Below, piece by piece: positions 16,296 through 25,394 of a stretch of 46,372 bases of DNA. The stretch is taken from the NCBI GenBank assembly GCA_938023415.1, contig CALHEE010000012.1:1-46372 (forward strand). The letters are read 5' to 3'. The stretch's first letter is position 1. Every line of letters starts with the position of its first letter. The position numbers and the translations under genes were made by a program. This stretch comes from Minisyncoccota bacterium. Lineage in GTDB: Bacteria > Patescibacteriota > Minisyncoccia > Minisyncoccales > GBS-2. Below the pieces are notes generated by a model. It saw only the letters and a list, made by a program, of their open reading frames with translations, made no database searches and had not been told where the DNA came from.

Positions 16296-17738
16296 ATGAG
16301 AAAATTTTATCTCACTACCGCTATAGATTATGTAAACGCCTTTCCCCATCTGGGCCATGCCTTAGAAAAGGTTCAGGCAGATGTGATCGCTAGGTATCAG
16401 AGGTTGAGAAAGAAAGATGTTTTCTTTTTGACAGGGACTGACGAAAATTCGCTAAAAAATGTCCAGGCAGCAGAAAAAGAGGGAATTTCGGTAAAGGAAC
16501 TTGTCGACAAAAACGCCCAAAAATTTTATCAATTAAAAGAAGCCCTGAATTTATCCTTTGATGATTTTATTAGAACCACTCAAGAACGCCATCAAATCGG
16601 AGCGAAAAGATTTTGGCTAGCGATTAAGAAGGATGTTTATAAAAAAAAGTATCGCGGTCTCTATTGCCTAGGGTGTGAGGCTTTCTATACCCCAGAGGAA
16701 CTTAAAGATGGTCTTTGCCCTGAACACAAGAAAAAGCCAGAACTTGTCGAAGAAGAAAATTATTTTTTTCGCCTTTCAAAATACCAAAAAAAATTAGAAA
16801 AAATTATCGAGAGCGAAAAAATAAAGATTGTTCCTGAAAAGAGAAAAAATGAGGTTTTGGCTTTTATTAAAAAGGGATTAGAAGATATTTGTGTTTCTCG
16901 TTCTAAACAAAGAGCTCACGGTTGGGGAATTGAAGTTCCCGGAGATAAAGATCAGATCATCTGGGTTTGGATAGATGCTCTTTCTAATTATCTTACAGGA
17001 ATAGGCTATGGAACAGATGAACAAAAATTTCAAAGATACTGGCCAGCTGACATTCATATCATTGGCAAAGGGATTGCCAGATTCCATTGCGTTTTTTGGC
17101 CCGCCTTTTTACTTTCAGCAAATTTGCCTCTTCCCAAGAAAATTTTTATTCACGGTTACATTACTATTGGTGGTCAAAAAATTTCAAAAAGCTTAGGGAA
17201 TGTGATCGATCCCTTTGATTTAGTGAAAAAATATGGAACGGATGCGGTAAGATATTTTCTTTTAAGAGAAATTTCGCCCTTTGAAGACGGAGACTTTACT
17301 TTGGAAAAGCTTGAAAAAAGATACGATTCAGATTTGGCTAAGGGATTAGGTAACTTATTGCTAAGGGTAATTAGCCTGGCAAAAAGAATTGATGGGAAAA
17401 GTTTAAGAATTAAACTTCAACGACCAGCCTTAAGAGCAATAATTAAGAAAGAGGAGAGAAACTGGAAAAAGGCAATTGAAGATTTTAAATTTAACGAAGC
17501 CTTAAATTCAGTTTGGAATTTGATTAGTTTTGGCGATCGCTATCTTGAAAAAGAAAAACCGTGGGTACTTTTAAAGGAAGAAAAATTGAAAAGAAAAGGA
17601 AAAGAAGTAATTGAAAGTTTACTTTTCTTTTTAGAAAAAATTGGAAAATTGCTTCAACCATTTTTGCCTGAGACTTCAGAAAAAATCTTCCAACAAATAA
17701 AAAGTAAAAACCCTCAGCTTTTATTCCCAAAAAGATAA
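16296..17738 (+). CDS. metG: Methionine--tRNA ligase (short form, no C-terminal tRNA-binding domain)
   Basis: YVNAFPHLGHALE (HIGH), KISKSLGN (KMSKS) and a CLGCE...CPEH zinc knuckle. Confidence 0.93.
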   Translation: MRKFYLTTAIDYVNAFPHLGHALEKVQADVIARYQRLRKKDVFFLTGTDENSLKNVQAAEKEGISVKELVDKNAQKFYQLKEALNLSFDDFIRTTQERHQIGAKRFWLAIKKDVYKKKYRGLYCLGCEAFYTPEELKDGLCPEHKKKPELVEEENYFFRLSKYQKKLEKIIESEKIKIVPEKRKNEVLAFIKKGLEDICVSRSKQRAHGWGIEVPGDKDQIIWVWIDALSNYLTGIGYGTDEQKFQRYWPADIHIIGKGIARFHCVFWPAFLLSANLPLPKKIFIHGYITIGGQKISKSLGNVIDPFDLVKKYGTDAVRYFLLREISPFEDGDFTLEKLEKRYDSDLAKGLGNLLLRVISLAKRIDGKSLRIKLQRPALRAIIKKEERNWKKAIEDFKFNEALNSVWNLISFGDRYLEKEKPWVLLKEEKLKRKGKEVIESLLFFLEKIGKLLQPFLPETSEKIFQQIKSKNPQLLFPKR

Positions 17739-17739
17739 A

Positions 17740-18594
17740 ATGATTTTTGATACCCATGCCCATTTAAATTTTTTGGCTTTTGAAAAAGATTGGGAAGACA
17801 AAATCGAAGATTGCCGAAAAGAGAAAATAGGCATAATCAATGTTGGAACAAATTTTCAAACTTCAAAAAAAGCAGTTGAAATTGCTAAAAAATATCAAAA
17901 TGGAGTTTATGCCTCAGTGGGACTTCATCCGATGAATTTGGAGACAGGCTTGGTGAAATTAAAAAGCAATGAAAAAGAGGGAAAAAATTTTGAAACAGAA
18001 TTTCGAGAGGAGATTTACGAAAAATTAATTGCCTTAAATTTAGATAAAGTAGTAGCCATCGGAGAGGTGGGCTTGGATTATTATTGGCGACCGAAGACGA
18101 AAAAAAAGAAAGAACTTTTTAAACAAAAACAAAAAGAGATTTTTCTGAAACAATTGGATTTGGCAAAAAGATTTAATTTACCGGTAATTTTACATTGCCG
18201 AATGGCCCACGGAGAGCTTTTGGAAATTTTAAAATCAAAATTCCAAGCTCAAGAATTAAAAGGAGTTATTCATGGGTTTGTCGGAAATTTAGCACAGTTA
18301 AGGGAATATTTGAAAATGAACTTTTTTGTCGGATTTAATGGGATTGTGTTCAAAAAAATTGAAGGCGTTGATTTTGAAAGTCTAATTAGAGAGACGCCCC
18401 TAGAAAAAATTTTAGTAGAGACTGATTGTCCTTATCTTTCTCCCCCAGGCTACAAAGAAAGAAATGACCCTTTGGGAGTGAAATTAGTTATTGAGAAAAT
18501 AGCTAAAATTAAAAATTTATCTTTTGAAAAGGTAGCTCAAGAAACGACAAAAAATGCCAAAAAGCTGTTTACAAAAATAAAAGAAATCTCTTGA
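17740..18594 (+). CDS. TatD-family metal-dependent hydrolase/DNase
   Basis: IFDTHAHLNF, GE.GLDYYW, ILHCR and VETDCPYL motifs. Confidence 0.85.
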   Translation: MIFDTHAHLNFLAFEKDWEDKIEDCRKEKIGIINVGTNFQTSKKAVEIAKKYQNGVYASVGLHPMNLETGLVKLKSNEKEGKNFETEFREEIYEKLIALNLDKVVAIGEVGLDYYWRPKTKKKKELFKQKQKEIFLKQLDLAKRFNLPVILHCRMAHGELLEILKSKFQAQELKGVIHGFVGNLAQLREYLKMNFFVGFNGIVFKKIEGVDFESLIRETPLEKILVETDCPYLSPPGYKERNDPLGVKLVIEKIAKIKNLSFEKVAQETTKNAKKLFTKIKEIS

Positions 18595-18616
18595 AACAAG
18601 AAGAGAAAAAGCTAAA

Positions 18617-21181
18617 ATGAAAATTAGCTTTATGAAGAGATACGTTCCCCAAAAAATCGAAAAAAAATGGCAAAAATATTGGGAGGAAAATAATTTCTAT
18701 CAAGCTAAGGATTTTTCAAAAAAGAAAAAGTTTTATATTTTAGTTGAATTTCCGTATCCCTCAGCTCAAGGTCTTCATGTCGGGCATTGTCGATCTTACT
18801 CTGCCATGGATGCCATTGCCAGAAAAAAAAGAATGGAGGGGTACAATGTCTTATTTCCCATTGGTTGGGATGCCTTTGGTTTGCCGACAGAAAATTATGC
18901 TTTACGCACCGGCATTCATCCAGAAATAGCTACGAAAAAAAATATCGCCAATTTCAAGCGTCAATTAAAAAGTCTTGGTCTTTCTTTTGATTGGTCCAGG
19001 GAAATCAATACGAGCGACCCAAAATATTATAAATGGACCCAATGGATCTTTTTGAAATTGTTTGAAAAAGGTCTAGCATATCAGGCAGAAATTCCCATTA
19101 ACTTTTGTCCCAAATGTAAAATTGGTTTAGCCCAAGAAGAGGTGATCGATGGAAAACATGAGAGATGCGGGGAAGAAGTGGTGTTAAAAAAGTTAAAACA
19201 ATGGATGTTAAAAATCACTGCCTACGCGGAAAGATTGATTAAAGATTTAAAAGACCTCGATTATTTAGAAAAAATAAAAACCCAACAGATTAATTGGATT
19301 GGAAAAAGCGAGGGGACAGAAGTGACATTTAAAATTGAAAACCTTGATTTTGAGATTAAAGTCTTTACTACTAGGGTTGATACCATTTTTGGAGTTACCG
19401 CCTTGGTCTTGGCCCCAGAGCATCCTTTGGTCGAGAAATTGGTCAAAGAAAATGGGATTTTAAAAGAAGGAAAAATCAAAGTTGAAAACTGGCTGGAGGT
19501 AAAAGAATATCTTAAAAAATCGGTCCGGAAAAGCGAATTTGAAAGAACGAAGTTAGAAAAAGAAAGAACGGGCATCCCTTTAAAAGGAATTTTTGCCATC
19601 AATCCTATTAATCAAGAAAAATTACCTGTGTGGGTGGCAGATTATGTCATTGGCACTTATGGAGGAGGAGCGGTCATGGTAGTGCCAGCTCATGACAAAA
19701 GAGATTTTGATTTTGCCAAAAGATACCAGTTGGAAATTAGAGAGGTAGTAGTTCCAAAAGAGAAAAATTCTCCCCTTTCTCAACCTTTTGTTGAAGATGG
19801 GGTGTTAATAAATTCTGGAGAATTTTCGGGCCTAACCTCAAAAGAAGCACGAGAAAAAATTACCCGCTGGCTGAAAGAAAAGGGTTTAGGAAAAAAAACG
19901 GTTCAATACAAATTAAGAGATTGGGTTTTTTCTAGACAGCATTATTGGGGAGAACCAATACCTCTTGTCTTTTGCGAAAGATGCGCAAAAAAGATCAAAG
20001 AAAAAATGAAAGAAGGAAAAATAAAAGAGCTTGAAAAGGAATACCAGTTAGGCGAGATTTTAAATCCAGGTTGGATAGCCCTCTCTGAAAAGGATCTTCC
20101 CCTAAAACTTCCTTATCTTGAAAAGTATCAACCTACCGGCACAGGAGAATCACCTTTAGCTCAAATTGAAGAGTGGGTAAATACCAAATGTCCAAAATGT
20201 AAAGGACCAGCAAAAAGAGAAACTGATACCATGCCTAATTGGGCAGGATCAAATTGGTATTTTATTGGTTATTTAATCAAGAAAAGAAAAGAGAAAAATT
20301 ATGAGTATTGGTGGGATAAAAAGAAAATTTCTTATTGGATGCCTGTTGATTGGTACAATGGAGGCATGGAACATACTACTTTGCATTTGCTTTATTCAAG
20401 GTTTATTTATAAATTTTTATACGATATAGGAGCGGTTCCTCATCCAGAACCTTATAAAAAAAGAACAGCGCACGGAATTGTCTTGGGTGAAGATGGCAGA
20501 AAAATGTCAAAATCTTTTGGGAATGTCATTAATCCAGATGAGATTATCAAACAGTATGGAGCAGATACCTTAAGGGTTTATGAAATGTTTATGGGACCAT
20601 TTGATCAGGCAATCAGCTGGTCAAGCCAAGGGGTGAAAGGGGTTTTTCGGTTTTTAGAGCGAATTTGGCGATTAGTGATCAGGTTTAAAGAGCAGTCGGG
20701 AAAAAAAGTGAAAAACTTGGAGGTTGAAAGTTTGGTTCAACAGACAATTAAAAAGGTCGATGAAGATTTAGAGAAGTGTAAATTCAACACCGCCATTTCT
20801 GCCTTGATGATTTTGGTTAACAGATTGGAAAAAGAAAAAAATATTCAAAAAAGACATTTGGAAACATTGATCAAATTATTGGCTCCTTTTGCTCCTCATT
20901 TAGCTGAGCAATTGTGGCAGGAATTAGGTCATAAAAATTCAGTTCATTTACAAAAATGGCCAAAGTACAATCTAAAGCTTATTCTTAAAGAAACCTTCAC
21001 CTTAGTTGTCCAAGTGAACGGGAAAGTTCGAGATACCATCGAAGCTTCGATCAATATTTCTGAGGAAGAAGCTAAGGAGTTAGCTCTCAGGTCGCCAAAA
21101 ATCCAAAAGTGGTTGGAAAAGAAAAAGATAAAGAAAATAATTTTTGTCAGAAATAAACTGATTAATTTTGTGGTCGAATAA
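18617..21181 (+). CDS. leuS: Leucine--tRNA ligase
   Basis: PYPSAQGLHVGH (HIGH), KMSKSFGN (KMSKS), a CP1 editing domain (TTRVDTIFGVTALVLAPEH) and RDW.FSRQHYWGEPIP. The true start may be the in-frame ATG at 18632 (MKRYVPQKIEKKWQ). Confidence 0.95.
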   Translation: MKISFMKRYVPQKIEKKWQKYWEENNFYQAKDFSKKKKFYILVEFPYPSAQGLHVGHCRSYSAMDAIARKKRMEGYNVLFPIGWDAFGLPTENYALRTGIHPEIATKKNIANFKRQLKSLGLSFDWSREINTSDPKYYKWTQWIFLKLFEKGLAYQAEIPINFCPKCKIGLAQEEVIDGKHERCGEEVVLKKLKQWMLKITAYAERLIKDLKDLDYLEKIKTQQINWIGKSEGTEVTFKIENLDFEIKVFTTRVDTIFGVTALVLAPEHPLVEKLVKENGILKEGKIKVENWLEVKEYLKKSVRKSEFERTKLEKERTGIPLKGIFAINPINQEKLPVWVADYVIGTYGGGAVMVVPAHDKRDFDFAKRYQLEIREVVVPKEKNSPLSQPFVEDGVLINSGEFSGLTSKEAREKITRWLKEKGLGKKTVQYKLRDWVFSRQHYWGEPIPLVFCERCAKKIKEKMKEGKIKELEKEYQLGEILNPGWIALSEKDLPLKLPYLEKYQPTGTGESPLAQIEEWVNTKCPKCKGPAKRETDTMPNWAGSNWYFIGYLIKKRKEKNYEYWWDKKKISYWMPVDWYNGGMEHTTLHLLYSRFIYKFLYDIGAVPHPEPYKKRTAHGIVLGEDGRKMSKSFGNVINPDEIIKQYGADTLRVYEMFMGPFDQAISWSSQGVKGVFRFLERIWRLVIRFKEQSGKKVKNLEVESLVQQTIKKVDEDLEKCKFNTAISALMILVNRLEKEKNIQKRHLETLIKLLAPFAPHLAEQLWQELGHKNSVHLQKWPKYNLKLILKETFTLVVQVNGKVRDTIEASINISEEEAKELALRSPKIQKWLEKKKIKKIIFVRNKLINFVVE

Positions 21182-21241
21182 TATTGAAAAAATTAAATTT
21201 TAGCCTAACAACTCTCAGAAAAACATTCATTCTATTCTCTC

Positions 21242-21832
21242 GTGAAAATGAATCAAATAGAAAAAGCAGTTGAAGTTTTAAAAAAGGGAGGAGTAATTGC
21301 CTACCCCACCGAGACAGTCTATGGTTTGGGAGCGAATATTTTTGATAAAAAGGCAGTGGAAAAAGTTTATCGCCTAAAAGGAAGAGATTTTAAAAAACCC
21401 CTTTCGGTGGCAGTGGCTGACTTTCAAATGTTGGAAAAGTTAGTTATTCTTTCTCCCAGGGAGAAAAAAATCCTCAAAAAATTGTTACCAGGTCCCATCA
21501 CGGTGATTTTGCCAAAAAAGAAAATTGTTCCTTCTTGGGTAACAGGCGGTAAAAATTCAGTAGGCATTCGTTTTCCAAGAAATGAAATAACCCAAAAAAT
21601 TATCAAAAAAGCAGGCTTTCCCATTACTTCCACTTCCGCTAACTTAAGCGGAAAAAAAGAGCCGAGTAATTATAAAGAAATTAAGCTAAAAGTAGATTTT
21701 ATCGTCAAAGGAAAATGTCAGTACAAAAAACCTTCTACGGTCTTTGATTTAAAAAAGAAAAAAATCATTCGTCTGGGTGCAGGCATTAAAAATTTAAAAA
21801 ATATTTTTAAAAAAATATGTGCGGAATTGTAG
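21242..21832 (+). CDS. tsaC: L-threonylcarbamoyladenylate synthase (YrdC/TsaC type)
   Basis: GGVIAYPTETVYGLGAN, KGR...KPL and TSTSANLSG motifs. The ORF track uses GTG at 21242; the ATG at 21248 is equally plausible. Confidence 0.85.
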   Translation: MKMNQIEKAVEVLKKGGVIAYPTETVYGLGANIFDKKAVEKVYRLKGRDFKKPLSVAVADFQMLEKLVILSPREKKILKKLLPGPITVILPKKKIVPSWVTGGKNSVGIRFPRNEITQKIIKKAGFPITSTSANLSGKKEPSNYKEIKLKVDFIVKGKCQYKKPSTVFDLKKKKIIRLGAGIKNLKNIFKKICAEL

Positions 21833-23655
21833 GCTACATTGGAAAAAATTTAAATGCAAAAGAGGCTATTCAGCTTTTAAAAAGGTTAGAATATCGGGGT
21901 TATGATTCAGCAGGCCTTGCCTGGTTTTGCCCTGAAGAAAAAGAAATTTTTTTAGTGAAAAAGGCTGGGAAAATCGAAAAATTAGAAAGGGCGATTGAGG
22001 AAAGCAAATTAAATTTAAAAGGAAATGTTTTTATCTTGCATACTCGCTGGGCAACCCACGGCAACCCCACTGACATTAATGCCCACCCTCATTCAGATTG
22101 TAAAAAAGAAATTTTCTTAGTTCACAATGGGATTATCGAAAATTATCGCGAGCTTAAGGAAAAATTAACTAGAGAGGGGCACAAATTTTTAAGCGAAACT
22201 GACACTGAAGTTTTGGTGCATCTAATTGAAAAATATTTCAAATCTAACTTAGAAGAGGCGGTCAGGTTAGCCTTAAAAGAAGTGATTGGAGCTTATGCCA
22301 TTGCGGTTATTTCCAAAAGAGAACCAGAAAAAATCGTCTTTGCTAGAAAGGGAAGTCCCCTTTTGATTGGCCTAGGAGAAGGGGAAAATTTTGTTGCTTC
22401 TGATACCCCGGCAATTTTAGCTAAAACGAGAAAAGTAATTTATTTAGACGAGGGAGAAATGGGTTTTATTACCAAAGATCAATTTAAGATCTTTGATCTA
22501 AACCAAATTCCTGTTGAGAAAACTTCCCATTTTATTGAATGGACAATAGAGCAGGCAGAAAAGGGAGGTTGGCCTCATTTCATGATCAAAGAGATCATGG
22601 AAGAACCAGAAGCGATTGAAAATGCCTTAAGAGGAAGGGTAATTTTGAAAGAAGGATTGGTAAAATTAGGAGGATTAGAAAGAATTGAGGAAACTCTTAG
22701 AGAAATCGAAAAAATGACCATCATCGGAATGGGAAGCGCCCTTTTGGCCGGAAAGGTCGGGGAGTACATGTTGGAAGAATATGCCCATTTACCAGTAGAA
22801 GTAGAAAATGCATCAGAATTTCGCTACAAAAAATTCATTTTTGGAAAAAAAGAAGCGGTTTTGGCAATTTCCCAGTCTGGAGAAACCGCCGACACCCTTT
22901 TTGCGCTCAAAGAGGCAAAAAGAAAAGGAGTTTTAACTTTAGGCATTGTCAATGTCGTTGGTTCTTCAATTGCTCGGGAAGTAGAAGCTGGGGTTTACAA
23001 TCATGCCGGACCAGAAATTGGGGTGGCAGCGACCAAATCTTTTGTTTCCCAGTTGACAGTTTTGGCTTTGCTTACTGTATTTTTAGGAAGAGAAAGGGAA
23101 ATGAGTTTGGTCATGGGAAAAAGAATTTTAGAAGAATTAGTAAGGCTTCCCCAGTTAGCAAGAAAAATTTTGAGAAAAAAAGAAAAAATTAAAAAATTAG
23201 CAAAAAAATATTGTCGATATAAAAACTTTCTCTTTTTGGGGAGAAAGTACAATTATCCGATTGCCTTAGAAGGAGCTTTAAAATTAAAAGAAATTTCTTA
23301 TTTACATGCGGAAGGTTATCCTGGGGGAGAAATGAAACATGGACCTATTGCCTTAATTGATGAAAATTTCCCGACCATTGCCATTTCGCCGTTAGATTCA
23401 GTCTATGAAAAGATGATTTCTAATTTAGAAGAGATTAAAGCGAGGAAAGGTAAAATTTTAGCCATTGCTACTCAAGGAGATAAAAAAATAAAAAAAATTG
23501 CTGACGATCTTTTTTATATTCCAAAAACCTTAGAAATGCTTACCCCGATTTTATCGGTTATCCCCTTGCATCTTTTTGCCTATTTTGTTGCCAAAGAACT
23601 CAAGAGAGAAATTGACACACCTCGAAATTTGGCCAAGAGTGTCACTGTAGAATAA
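21817..23655 (+). CDS. glmS: Glutamine--fructose-6-phosphate aminotransferase (isomerising)
   Basis: The MCGIVGYIG N-terminal nucleophile, two SIS domains (SQSGETADT) and a C-terminal KSVTVE ending. It overlaps the tsaC 3' end by 16 nt. Confidence 0.95.
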   Translation: MCGIVGYIGKNLNAKEAIQLLKRLEYRGYDSAGLAWFCPEEKEIFLVKKAGKIEKLERAIEESKLNLKGNVFILHTRWATHGNPTDINAHPHSDCKKEIFLVHNGIIENYRELKEKLTREGHKFLSETDTEVLVHLIEKYFKSNLEEAVRLALKEVIGAYAIAVISKREPEKIVFARKGSPLLIGLGEGENFVASDTPAILAKTRKVIYLDEGEMGFITKDQFKIFDLNQIPVEKTSHFIEWTIEQAEKGGWPHFMIKEIMEEPEAIENALRGRVILKEGLVKLGGLERIEETLREIEKMTIIGMGSALLAGKVGEYMLEEYAHLPVEVENASEFRYKKFIFGKKEAVLAISQSGETADTLFALKEAKRKGVLTLGIVNVVGSSIAREVEAGVYNHAGPEIGVAATKSFVSQLTVLALLTVFLGREREMSLVMGKRILEELVRLPQLARKILRKKEKIKKLAKKYCRYKNFLFLGRKYNYPIALEGALKLKEISYLHAEGYPGGEMKHGPIALIDENFPTIAISPLDSVYEKMISNLEEIKARKGKILAIATQGDKKIKKIADDLFYIPKTLEMLTPILSVIPLHLFAYFVAKELKREIDTPRNLAKSVTVE

Positions 23656-23671
23656 TTAAAAAGCTTTTTCT

Positions 23672-23680
23672 TTTGAGTTT
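23672..23680 (+). repeat. Left copy of a 9-nt direct repeat (tttgagttt) bracketing the two-gene cassette
   Basis: The identical 9-mer recurs at 25417-25425. Both copies lie just outside the expression signals of the two cassette genes. It is short and AT-rich, so chance is not excluded. Confidence 0.3.
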
Positions 23681-23684
23681 TCGG

Positions 23685-23693
23685 TGGTAAAAT
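23685..23693 (+). promoter_or_regulatory. Candidate extended -10 promoter element (TGgTAAAAT) for the cassette's + strand gene
   Basis: tggtaaaat lies 40 nt upstream of the ATG at 23733, and no good -35 is present. AT-rich DNA makes chance matches likely. Confidence 0.3.
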
Positions 23694-23717
23694 GAAAGTG
23701 GACCTTCGAAAATTAAA

Positions 23718-23724
23718 AAGGAGG
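23718..23724 (+). promoter_or_regulatory. Strong Shine-Dalgarno (AAGGAGG), 8 nt before the ATG at 23733
   Basis: Read directly: aaaaaggaggtggtggaaATG. Confidence 0.75.
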
Positions 23725-23732
23725 TGGTGGAA

Positions 23733-24827
23733 ATGTTTAGGAGGAAGGTTTTAGATCAGTCTTTGGATAAAGTGGTCGAGATGTTAAGGATGCTTTCTCA
23801 GTTACTCACTAAGCTTCAAGATTCCCTTTCTGGAACAAAGACTGAGCTTTTTGAAATTGCCCAAAAATTGGATGATTCCAGAAAAAGAACGCTTGAAGAA
23901 ATAGAACTTTTGAGAAAAGAGATCCAGGAACTCTTGGTCTCTCATATTACTTCCCAAGAGACGGGAGTTCATCTTCTTGTTGATGGAGACAATGTTTTAC
24001 ATAGACTTTCTGATCTTGAACGACGGCTTGATTGGAAAAAATTTTTGGAAAAAATAGAAGAAGTTTACGGTAAAATAAGGGGAGCTTTCTTTTTCGCCAA
24101 TTTTGTGCCTGAAGCTTTAGGAAACTTCATTTCCCAGGTGGCTGGCTTTGATATTGTCACTACCTCTTTTGGACGACCCAGCACAAAAGATCTTACTGAT
24201 TCCAGAATTCTTCGTTACATTGAAAACATCCCCTCTCCTGGAAGCCGGATAATTCTTTTTACCGAAGATAGGAGCTTAAGAAGAAAAGCAGGAGAAATTG
24301 CACAAAGGAAACATCTTCAATTTATTCCCTTATTTTTCGATTCCCAATTTCCCCATTCTGTAAGAGATACCAACGGCAATTTCTCTCTTTCTCTTTTTTT
24401 GCCCCGACACATTTTACCTGAAGCACTGATCACGCCCAATCTCTGGGAAGAGGCCTTAGAAAGGTTTCTTGAGGAAAAGTATGTGAATCCAGAAAAAGTA
24501 GCCATTGACCACTTTCTTTTGGTAGCTCTCCGTTGGCTTTTTTCAAACCTCCCTTCTTCTCCAAAAAGAGAGGGAGAACGCTTCCCCCGATCCTTTATCC
24601 ATTTGGCAAAAGAGCTCTTAGAGTTTCTCAGAGCCTACCAACCTTTCAGTCCTTTCCCTGATTTTCATCTCTCTGAAGCAGATACCATTGCCATTCTAGA
24701 TGCTCTTTTAACGAAAGATCTTTTGCGAAAGGCAAAAATAGGAGAATTAGAAGTTTGCTATCGGGCTTTGCATCAACAGTGGAAAGGTTTGAGAAAGTGG
24801 CTACCAAGAGTTTCTGAGGAAGCTTAA
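23733..24827 (+). CDS. Coiled-coil + NYN/PIN-like (LabA/DUF88-type) nuclease-fold protein with an uncharacterised C-terminal domain
   Basis: The N-terminal ~85 aa are heptad-rich (LTKLQDSL...LEEIELLRKEIQELL). The central block matches the three acidic NYN motifs: HLLVDGDNV ... TKDLTDSRIL ... RIILFTEDRSLRRKA. The last ~160 aa are unrecognised. The ORF track starts at GTG 23724; I prefer ATG 23733 because of the SD spacing. It is GC-richer and Lys-poorer than its neighbours. Confidence 0.6.
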   Translation: MFRRKVLDQSLDKVVEMLRMLSQLLTKLQDSLSGTKTELFEIAQKLDDSRKRTLEEIELLRKEIQELLVSHITSQETGVHLLVDGDNVLHRLSDLERRLDWKKFLEKIEEVYGKIRGAFFFANFVPEALGNFISQVAGFDIVTTSFGRPSTKDLTDSRILRYIENIPSPGSRIILFTEDRSLRRKAGEIAQRKHLQFIPLFFDSQFPHSVRDTNGNFSLSLFLPRHILPEALITPNLWEEALERFLEEKYVNPEKVAIDHFLLVALRWLFSNLPSSPKREGERFPRSFIHLAKELLEFLRAYQPFSPFPDFHLSEADTIAILDALLTKDLLRKAKIGELEVCYRALHQQWKGLRKWLPRVSEEA

Positions 24828-24836
24828 AATAAACAA

Positions 24837-24876
24837 GGGGCTTCCAAAGAGAAAAGAGTTTTTGGAAGCCCCTTTT
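24837..24876. terminator. Strong bidirectional intrinsic terminator shared by the two convergent cassette genes
   Basis: Perfect 12-bp stem, ggggcttccaaa (24837-24848) with tttggaagcccc (24861-24872), around a 12-nt loop. TTTT follows on the + strand, and TTGTTTATTTT follows on the - strand. Confidence 0.8.
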
Positions 24877-24907
24877 AAAGTGCCTCAACCCCCCAAAGGC
24901 TCTGCTT

Positions 24908-25390
24908 TTATTTTTGTCTTTTTTCATGTCCGCCTCCTAAGAAAGGGAAAAGCGCTTTTTCATTGCTAGTGATGATTTCCAATTTTCCACCAGTAAGGAT
25001 TGCAATGACCCTTTCTCTTTTTTCCTCTCTTCTTACTTCAAAGAGCAAGGAGGCGCCAAAATGACGGGTAGTTAAGTTTTGGAGAGCAGGAGCGATGGGT
25101 TTTCCTTCAAGCCAAAGAGCTCCCAAGAGGGTGCCGTATTCATTTTCGAGTAGCACCCAGTAGCTACCTGATTTGTCCCATCTTCTTCTTTTCGCTGCAG
25201 TGATAAGAAGTTGTAAAAGTTCAATATGCCGATCTTTATCAGGGTCATTGGAAAGAAGTTCTTCCAGTGTTGCTCTAAAGATTTGCTGTATTTCTCTGCG
25301 TCCCAATCGACGTAAAAGAGACAAGAAAGAAGAGCCTGTATGGTTGAAGGCAGGGGATCCCTCCACCGGTACTGAACTCTTTTCCAACAT
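24908..25390 (-). CDS. Hypothetical protein (160 aa), no recognisable family
   Basis: ATG at 25390 is preceded by GGAGGTGA with 7 nt between the GGAGG core and the ATG. Arg/Leu/Glu-rich and Lys-poor, unlike host proteins. It ends 36 nt from the shared terminator. Confidence 0.6.
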   Translation of the reverse strand: MLEKSSVPVEGSPAFNHTGSSFLSLLRRLGRREIQQIFRATLEELLSNDPDKDRHIELLQLLITAAKRRRWDKSGSYWVLLENEYGTLLGALWLEGKPIAPALQNLTTRHFGASLLFEVRREEKRERVIAILTGGKLEIITSNEKALFPFLGGGHEKRQK

Positions 25391-25394
25391 CCCA

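Noticed and set aside
21700-21832. A possible glmS ribozyme/riboswitch upstream of glmS.
   Set aside because: The glmS start (21817) overlaps the tsaC coding region by 16 nt, so there is no untranslated leader to hold a ribozyme of about 170 nt.
23658-23669. The palindrome aaaaagcttttt after the glmS stop, considered as a possible terminator.
   Set aside because: It has no loop, and its only G/C positions are the central gc. It is essentially an A-run/T-run junction with a HindIII-like core, and it would not form a stable hairpin.
24646-24927. A 93-codon minus-strand ORF whose ATG (24927) is preceded by a perfect AGGAGG-N5 Shine-Dalgarno. It lies inside the last codons of the 160-aa cassette gene.
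   Set aside because: The AGGAGG is explained by the LGGGH codons of the 160-aa gene. The ORF would have to read straight through the 12-bp bidirectional terminator and then run antisense through about 180 nt of the NYN-like gene. A transcript ending at the terminator would have no stop codon. It is most likely fortuitous.
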